Positions 58,240 through 64,000 of a stretch of DNA of 64,000 bases are shown here, in pieces. This DNA is from Firmicutes bacterium UBA2598. GTDB lineage: Bacteria > Bacillota > PH28-bin88. The position numbers were made by a program, and so were the translations under genes. The stretch spans positions 22,832 through 86,831 of the forward strand of contig DDKM01000103.1 of the NCBI GenBank assembly GCA_002339345.1, written 5' to 3'. Numbering within the stretch: position 1 is the first letter of the stretch; each line of letters opens with the position of its first letter. The notes below the pieces were generated by a model that searched no databases, was not told the DNA's origin, and saw only the letters and a list, made by a program, of their open reading frames with translations.

Positions 58240-60726
58240 CTACACCACCAGGTTGATCAGCTTATCCGGCACCCAGACCACCTTTTGGACTTTACGCCCA
58301 GCCAGGATGGCCTGTACCCGTTCCAGCCCGAGTACCAGTTCCTCCACCTCGGCCTGGGTCAGTCCAACGGGAATTTCAATCCGGTCGCGAATTTTACCGC
58401 TTACCTGTACCACCACGGTGACCATATCCCTGACCAGGGCTGCCTGGTCGTATTGTGGCCAGGGTTGCCTGTGCACACTGCCCTGGTATCCGATGGCCTG
58501 CCACAACTCTTCCGCGATGTGGGGAGCGAAGGGAGCCAGTACCAGTGACAGGATGGTCAGTGACTCCTTCATCACCGGCAGGTGATGCAGTTCCGGCGCC
58601 ACCCGGTCCCGGTAATGGTACAGGGCGTTGACCATTTCCATAATGGTACTGATGGCGGTGTTGAAGTTAAACCTCTGGCTGACATCCTCCGTCACCTTTT
58701 TCAGGCAAGCATGGGTAGCCCGCCGGATTTCCGCCTCTTCCGGCAGCAGTTCGCCCCCAGTAAAGGGCTCCACACCGGCCACCCGCCCGCTAAAGCTCTG
58801 CACCAACCGCCAAACCCGGTTCAAGAACCGGTAGCACCCCTCCACACCCTGATCGCTCCACTCCAGATCCCTTTCGGGGGGTGCCGCAAAGAGGATGAAC
58901 AGGCGGGCGGTATCGGCGCCGTAACGGGCAATAATCTCCTCGGGACTGACGGTATTCCCTTTGGATTTGGACATCTTCCCCCCGTCCTTGAGCACCATAC
59001 CCTGGGTTAGCAGGTTTTCAAAGGGTTCCTGTACTGACAGCAGCCCCAGGTCGTACAGTACCTTGGTGAAGAAGCGGGAATACATCAGGTGCAGGATGGC
59101 ATGTTCCACTCCGCCAATATACTGGTCCACATGCATCCAGTAGTCGACGGCCTGGCGATCAAAGGCGGCATGGTCTGCCTTGGCACTGCAATACCTCAAG
59201 AAATACCAGGAGGAATCCACAAAGGTATCCATGGTATCCGTCTCCCGCATCGCCGGTCCGCCGCAGGCGGGGCAGGCGGCATGCAAAAAGGCCGGACTGG
59301 ACTTTAAGGGGGATTCCCCCGTAGGCTTGAACTCCACATCCATGGGAAGTTCCACCGGCAGCTGGTTTTCCGGCACCGGCACCGCACCGCAACCTTCACA
59401 ATAAATGATGGGGATGGGTGCGCCCCAGTAACGCTGGCGGGAGATTAACCAGTCCCGCAGCCGGAAGTTAACCTGGCGCTGGCCGATGCCGTTGGCCTCC
59501 ATATGGTCAGCGATGGCCCGCTGTCCCTCCCTGTTGTCCAGGCCGTTAAAGGCACCAGAGTTGACCATCAGGCCCGGCCCCTCGTAGGCCTCAGGCATGG
59601 TATCACCGTTTAACTGTTCACCTTCCGGCTGGATGACCACCCGGACAGGTAAACCATACTTGCGTGCAAAAACAAGGTCCCGGCTGTCGTGGGCAGGTAC
59701 GCCCATCACCGCCCCGGTGCCGTAACCCATCAAAACATAATTGGCTACCCAGATGGGTACCCGTTCCCCGTTCATGGGGTTGATGGCATAGGCGCCGGTA
59801 AACATGCCTTCCTTTTCCGTATCCGCCGCCGTCCGGTCCATTTCCTGCATGCGCTGCACCCGGCGGACAAACTCCAGGATGGCCTGCTCCTCCGGCCTGC
59901 CGGACACCAACTTCCCTACCAGGGGATGCTCCACAGCCAGCACAACGTAGGTAACGCCGAAAACGGTGTCATGCCTGGTGGTAAAAACCGGCAGCGGGTC
60001 ATCCATGCCTTCAATGGCAAAATTGAACTGCACCCCTTCACTGCGCCCGATCCAGTTCTCCTGCATGATTTTAACCTTCTCCGGCCAACCGGGCAGCAGG
60101 GCCAGATCCTTTAACAGCCTTTCGGCATAGGCTGTGATTTTGAAAAACCACTGTTCCAGGTCCTTTTTCTCCACAACGGCCTGGCAGCGCTCGCATTCCC
60201 CGTCAACCACCTGCTCGTTGGCCAGTACGGTGGCGCAGGAAGGACACCAGTTCACGGCAGCCCTTTTTTTGTAGGCCAGCCCGTTTTTATATAGCTGCAG
60301 GAACAACCACTGGGTCCACTTGTAGTAATCGGGATGGCAGGTGGAAATCTCCCTGTCCCAATCGTAACTGATGCCCATGGCCTTCAGCTGCCGTCGCATG
60401 TTGTCAATGTTGTCCCACGTCCACTGGGCCGGGTGAATGTTACCGTGCTTGATTGCCGCATTTTCCGCAGGTAGCCCGAAGGCATCCCACCCCATGGGAT
60501 GCAGAACATTATACCCCTGCATTGTCTTGAAGCGGGCCACCACGTCCCCGATGGAGTAATTGCGTACATGGCCCATATGCAGGTTGCCCGATGGATAGGG
60601 AAACATCTCCAGGGCGTAGTATTTTGGTCTGGCAGGATCTTCGGTGGTGCTGTACAGCCCCTCTTCCTCCCACCGTTTTTGCCACTTGGGTTCCAAGACC
60701 CTAAATTCGTACCTCTCTTGCAACAC
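58240..60726 (-). CDS. leuS: leucine--tRNA ligase
   Basis: GTG/TTG start at 60726/60723 after GAGGTGA. HMGH and KMSKS motifs. The track ORF has a 52-aa upstream extension that overlaps the previous gene. Confidence 0.93.
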   Translation of the reverse strand: MLQERYEFRVLEPKWQKRWEEEGLYSTTEDPARPKYYALEMFPYPSGNLHMGHVRNYSIGDVVARFKTMQGYNVLHPMGWDAFGLPAENAAIKHGNIHPAQWTWDNIDNMRRQLKAMGISYDWDREISTCHPDYYKWTQWLFLQLYKNGLAYKKRAAVNWCPSCATVLANEQVVDGECERCQAVVEKKDLEQWFFKITAYAERLLKDLALLPGWPEKVKIMQENWIGRSEGVQFNFAIEGMDDPLPVFTTRHDTVFGVTYVVLAVEHPLVGKLVSGRPEEQAILEFVRRVQRMQEMDRTAADTEKEGMFTGAYAINPMNGERVPIWVANYVLMGYGTGAVMGVPAHDSRDLVFARKYGLPVRVVIQPEGEQLNGDTMPEAYEGPGLMVNSGAFNGLDNREGQRAIADHMEANGIGQRQVNFRLRDWLISRQRYWGAPIPIIYCEGCGAVPVPENQLPVELPMDVEFKPTGESPLKSSPAFLHAACPACGGPAMRETDTMDTFVDSSWYFLRYCSAKADHAAFDRQAVDYWMHVDQYIGGVEHAILHLMYSRFFTKVLYDLGLLSVQEPFENLLTQGMVLKDGGKMSKSKGNTVSPEEIIARYGADTARLFILFAAPPERDLEWSDQGVEGCYRFLNRVWRLVQSFSGRVAGVEPFTGGELLPEEAEIRRATHACLKKVTEDVSQRFNFNTAISTIMEMVNALYHYRDRVAPELHHLPVMKESLTILSLVLAPFAPHIAEELWQAIGYQGSVHRQPWPQYDQAALVRDMVTVVVQVSGKIRDRIEIPVGLTQAEVEELVLGLERVQAILAGRKVQKVVWVPDKLINLVV

Positions 60727-60739
60727 CTTCACCTCTTGT

Positions 60740-61489
60740 TTAACAGGCAGACCGGCCAGCCGCCGGGACTCCCTTTTCTTCTGTAACCTGTTCCTCCTGT
60801 AGAATCGCCAGTAAGGTTTGGGCCACCCGGGGATCAAACTGGATGCCGCTCTGTCTTTGAATTTCCGCCACCGCCTGTTCAAAGCTCAATCCCGTACGGT
60901 ACGGCCTGTTACTGGTCATGGCATCAAAGGCGTCAGCCACGGCGATGATTCTCGCCCCCAGGGGAATCTCCTCACCGGCAAGCCCCTGGGGATATCCCTT
61001 GCCATTATACCACTCGTGGTGATGGTAAACCATGGGGATGATATCCCCCAACAGTTCAATGGAGGAAAGGATATGTGCTCCAATGGCCGGATGTTCGCAA
61101 ATTTCCTGGTATTCCTCCGGTGTCAGCCTGCCCGGTTTATGTAAAATGCTGCTGGAGATGCCAATTTTCCCGATGTCATGGAGAATGGCCGCATAGCTGA
61201 TCCTGCACACCTCTTCCTCCGTCAGACCTATTTGCCGGGCTATCTTTTCCGCATACCGGGTTACCCGGTCGGAATGACCCGCCGTATAGGGATCCTTAGC
61301 CTCCACCGCCGCTGCCAGAGCTTTGATGGTGGAGGTGTATAGATGCAAATTGTGTACATTGGCCTCCATCAGCCGATCCGCCAAGTTTCTCAGTTCCTCC
61401 GAAAGAACCTGGTAGTCCCTCCGGGCGGTCTGCTCATGGAGGATTAGCTGGGCCAGGACCAGACAAAAAAACAGGTAGAACAGGGGCAC
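60740..61489 (-). CDS. HD-GYP domain c-di-GMP phosphodiesterase (catalytic part; probably the 3' portion of a frameshifted longer gene)
   Basis: HD...[11 protein letters not shown] signature. Confidence 0.75.
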   Translation of the reverse strand: MPLFYLFFCLVLAQLILHEQTARRDYQVLSEELRNLADRLMEANVHNLHLYTSTIKALAAAVEAKDPYTAGHSDRVTRYAEKIARQIGLTEEEVCRISYAAILHDIGKIGISSSILHKPGRLTPEEYQEICEHPAIGAHILSSIELLGDIIPMVYHHHEWYNGKGYPQGLAGEEIPLGARIIAVADAFDAMTSNRPYRTGLSFEQAVAEIQRQSGIQFDPRVAQTLLAILQEEQVTEEKGVPAAGRSAC

Positions 61490-61860
61490 AAAAAAACCTC
61501 AAAAAATAATGACAACCACTGCTGCTCGACAATCTGTTGCAATAGAATACCGGACCGCCCGACCGTCAGCACCACCACCGCCGATGATGCCAAAAACAGG
61601 CCGGCTGGTAGGCCGCAAATTATGGTGGCGTACATCACCGGTGCCCCGTACAGGATATACATGATTTGCTGTGTATTACCCTTGGTGTAGAAAACCAGGA
61701 TGGAAATTATGATCCAAAGGGCCCAGACTAGATAGTGGGAATAGGGACGCGGCCGGGAAATAATGGTCAAAAACCTTTGCCAGCGGTCATCGGGGCTCTC
61801 TGGTAATGTACACCGCATTGAATGGCTTCCTCCTGCCCAATCCGCCCATATTTCGACCAA
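61444..61860 (-). pseudogene. N-terminal multi-transmembrane segment that would be fused to the HD-GYP domain by a 1-nt change in an A7/T7 homopolymer (frameshift or sequencing error)
   Basis: The ORFs overlap by 46 nt in different frames. Adding one A to the run at ~61490..61496 reads ...[18 protein letters not shown]..., continuous with the HD-GYP ORF. Confidence 0.5.
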
Positions 61861-61930
61861 AAAACAAAGATTACCAATTCATTATAGCCAAGATCCTCCC
61901 TCCCGGTCAACCTTGGCTCTAAGGCAATGG

Positions 61931-62275
61931 TTATTTGGGCAGGGCTACCCGCTTGGCATCCCCCCATAGTCCTTCCAGGTTATAGAACAATCTGGCGTCG
62001 TGCTGGAAAATATGGGCCACCACTGCCCCATAATCCAAAAGGATCCAGATCCCCTCCCGCACCCCCTCCCGCCTGAGGGGTTGCAGGCCAAATTCCGCCA
62101 GTTTTTCTTCCACATGGCCGGCAATGGCCTGAACCTGGATCTTGGAATTTCCCCCGGCGATGACAAAGTAATCAGCAATAAGGGAAATCCCTTGCAGATC
62201 CAAAACCCGGACATCCTGGGCCTTTTTATCCGCCATAGCCTCTGCCATGGCCAGGGCCTGTTCCAGCGACGTCAA
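61931..62275 (-). CDS. rsfS: ribosome silencing factor RsfS (Iojap, YqeL)
   Basis: 114 aa. DYFVIAGGNSKIQVQAIA matches the family. Confidence 0.85.
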   Translation of the reverse strand: MTSLEQALAMAEAMADKKAQDVRVLDLQGISLIADYFVIAGGNSKIQVQAIAGHVEEKLAEFGLQPLRREGVREGIWILLDYGAVVAHIFQHDARLFYNLEGLWGDAKRVALPK

Positions 62276-62880
62276 TCCATCTCCTCCTCGTCCCGTTTGA
62301 GGTTTAACCTACGGGTCTGATCAATTAAGCTGTTCCTTGCCTCCACAGTCACCGGATGCAGTGGTCCTCCGGTGCTGAGCACATACCGGATGGTTTGGTC
62401 CAGGGCCATAATCATGGCCGTGGTAAAATCAGTTTCCACCGCCCGCCTGAGGGTGTTTACACCAGGGTAATTGCGGCTGGGCTCCACAAGGTCGGCGACA
62501 AACACAACCTGATCCAGGAGGCTCATTCCGGGGTAGCCAGTGGTATGCCTGGCTATGGCCTGCAATACGGCAGGATCGGATACGCTCCACCGGGTACTGG
62601 CCAGGAAAGCCCCTACAGGTGCATGTAGCAATTCCGGTACCCGCCTCTCCACCGGGTGCACGGGTATTCCTGCCTGTTCGGCCCAATAGAGCAATTCCTC
62701 AGGGGGCATTTCCCTGGCAATATCGTGTAAAAGACCCGCCAGGTAGGCCCGTTCCGGGGAACAGCCATGACGACCGGCAAGATCCGCAGCGGTCCGGGCG
62801 ACTCCAAGGGAATGACGGTACCGTATAGGGTTTAGCATCCGGGCCAGTTGGGCCTCAAGTTCCTTATTGCCCAAAAGCAA
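62272..62880 (-). CDS. yqeK: HD-domain hydrolase YqeK (NadD-associated)
   Basis: 202 aa. RYRHSLGVARTAADLA...LLHDIAR HD motif. 4-nt overlap with rsfS. Confidence 0.85.
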   Translation of the reverse strand: MLLGNKELEAQLARMLNPIRYRHSLGVARTAADLAGRHGCSPERAYLAGLLHDIAREMPPEELLYWAEQAGIPVHPVERRVPELLHAPVGAFLASTRWSVSDPAVLQAIARHTTGYPGMSLLDQVVFVADLVEPSRNYPGVNTLRRAVETDFTTAMIMALDQTIRYVLSTGGPLHPVTVEARNSLIDQTRRLNLKRDEEEMD

Positions 62881-62920
62881 AACCTCCTATGACTTGGTAT
62901 AGGAGGTCGGTGCAGAAAAC

Positions 62921-63169
62921 TCATGCCCTTGGCTTGGCTTCGTTGACAGTCAGTGCCCGGTTCCCGAACTCGATGCCGTTTAAGGCCTCCACCATTCGGT
63001 CAGCATCCGCATCAGCAACTTCCACAAAACCAAAACCCCTTGAGCGACCCGTTGCCCTGTCGGTAATGATCCGGGCAGATATCACTTCACCATGAGTGGC
63101 AAATAAATTTGCCAGATCTTCTTCTTTGGTTGCCCAGGGGAGGTTCCCCACGTATAATGTCCGTACCAC
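62921..63169 (-). CDS. RRM-type RNA-binding protein
   Basis: 82 aa. RNP2 LYVGNL and RNP1 RGFGFVEV. Confidence 0.85.
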   Translation of the reverse strand: MVRTLYVGNLPWATKEEDLANLFATHGEVISARIITDRATGRSRGFGFVEVADADADRMVEALNGIEFGNRALTVNEAKPRA

Positions 63170-63247
63170 GTAAGCCTCACCTCACCCTAATTTGGTTGTC
63201 AGTGAGTATTATATACCGGCACGGGTGGACTATACATGGTTTCCCTA

Positions 63248-63886
63248 TTACTTTTCATTCCTGCCTTTCTCCCATACCCCGGAATTGGCATAGATACCAT
63301 TTTGGACAATATACTGCTCCACTGATTCCGGCAACAGGTATTTAATGGAACGATGGCAAGACACCCGCCGCCGAATGTCGGTGGAGGAGATGGCTAGTGC
63401 AGGGACCTCCAGCAGTTCAATGCGTTTGCGAGCATAGGGCGGAATGTGGTTTAGGACGTCATCTCCAGCCAAAGAAAAACCCGGCCTGGTTGCAGCAATG
63501 AAGCTGGTCATGGTCAACATCTCGTCCACGTTTTTCCACGTCAAGATCTCCATGATGGCATCCGCTCCGGTGATGAAAAAGAACTGGGTTTCTGCCCCAT
63601 ATAGCTGGCAAAAATGCCGGACTGTATCCACCGCATAGGAATAGCCGGGCCTGTCTATTTCCACCCTGGACACTTCAAAGAAAGGGTTTGTGGCCACCGC
63701 CAGCATGGTCATCAGGTAGCGATGACTGGCATCGGTGACCATATAATCCTTTTTATGGGGTGGAATCCCGGAAGGCACAAAGACCACCTTGTCCAGCCGG
63801 AATTGATCCCGCGCAGCCTCTGCCGTCACCAGGTGCCCATAGTGGATGGGATCAAAGGTACCTCCCATTATCCCAAGCCGTTTCAC
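63248..63886 (-). CDS. nadD: nicotinate-nucleotide adenylyltransferase
   Basis: 212 aa. [12 protein letters not shown] signature. Confidence 0.9.
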   Translation of the reverse strand: MKRLGIMGGTFDPIHYGHLVTAEAARDQFRLDKVVFVPSGIPPHKKDYMVTDASHRYLMTMLAVATNPFFEVSRVEIDRPGYSYAVDTVRHFCQLYGAETQFFFITGADAIMEILTWKNVDEMLTMTSFIAATRPGFSLAGDDVLNHIPPYARKRIELLEVPALAISSTDIRRRVSCHRSIKYLLPESVEQYIVQNGIYANSGVWEKGRNEK

Positions 63887-63957
63887 TATTCTTCACAGCC
63901 CTCCGACTTCACATGAGTCAATAATTCCGCGTACTGTGCGGTCTGCGACCTGGGGAT

Positions 63958-64000
63958 CTACTCGCGAATCTGGCCATCACCGTAAATAATATATTTGATG
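63958..64000 (-). CDS. possible 3' end of a yqeI/YhbY-like gene continuing beyond the window
   Basis: Open frame ...IKYIIYGDGQIRE* entering from the window edge. Assignment rests on synteny only. Confidence 0.25.
   Translation of the reverse strand, partial: IKYIIYGDGQIRE

Noticed and set aside
60727-60739. Looked for a Leu T-box leader upstream of leuS
   Set aside because: Only 13 nt separate leuS from the preceding HD-GYP gene, so there is no room for a leader. leuS is apparently co-transcribed.
1-64000. Scan for CRISPR arrays, IS/transposase genes, integrases, and tRNA/rRNA genes
   Set aside because: No repeat-spacer periodicity, no transposase- or integrase-like ORFs, and no tRNA-like cloverleaf candidates were found. 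The only mobile-like signature is the vapBC cassette with its flanking 28-bp repeats.

Overview
This is a ~58% GC, almost entirely minus-strand chromosomal segment of a Gram-positive anaerobe, probably a Clostridia/Peptococcaceae-like thermophile. It has long-range synteny with the Bacillus subtilis yqe/yqf region. From high to low coordinates the genes are: yqeI(partial)-nadD-RRM protein-yqeK-rsfS-[HD-GYP, frameshifted]-leuS-[vapBC]-comEA-thiolase-[thiI-like, + strand]-comEC-[mreB-like, + strand]-holA-rpsT(+)-holin-like-spoIIP-yqxA-like-murJ-lepA-hemW-hrcA-[group II chaperonin]-grpE-dnaK-dnaJ-prmA-rsmE-mtaB-hit-rpsU-nfeD-floA-yqfB-like-yqfC-yqfD-phoH-pgpH(yqfF)-ybeY-dgkA-DUF3048 lipoprotein-cdd-era-recO-DUF4342-[T-box]-glyQ-glyS-ccpN-PDRP-ppdK-acs. 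The last 8 kb hold a lysine-fermentation locus: a sigma-54 enhancer-binding regulator with a PAS domain, an NhaC-family transporter, kamA (lysine 2,3-aminomutase), kdd (3,5-diaminohexanoate dehydrogenase), a P-loop ATPase of unknown function, and the 5' part of kamD (lysine 5,6-aminomutase alpha), which runs off the window. I found no rRNA, tRNA, CRISPR or IS elements. The most interesting signals are: (a) two strong sigma-54 promoters, plus a weaker third candidate, and a shared AAAAAT-centred GC-flanked motif that tie the regulator, transporter and kam operon into one regulon; (b) an archaeal-type group II chaperonin inside the CIRCE/HrcA-controlled dnaK operon; (c) a vapBC cassette bracketed by identical 28-bp terminator hairpins; (d) an HD-GYP gene split by a frameshift at an A7/T7 homopolymer; (e) a ~300-nt unexplained terminator-ended region between lepA and hemW. 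All coordinates were derived by hand from the ORF track and the sequence, so individual boundaries may be off by 1-3 nt.
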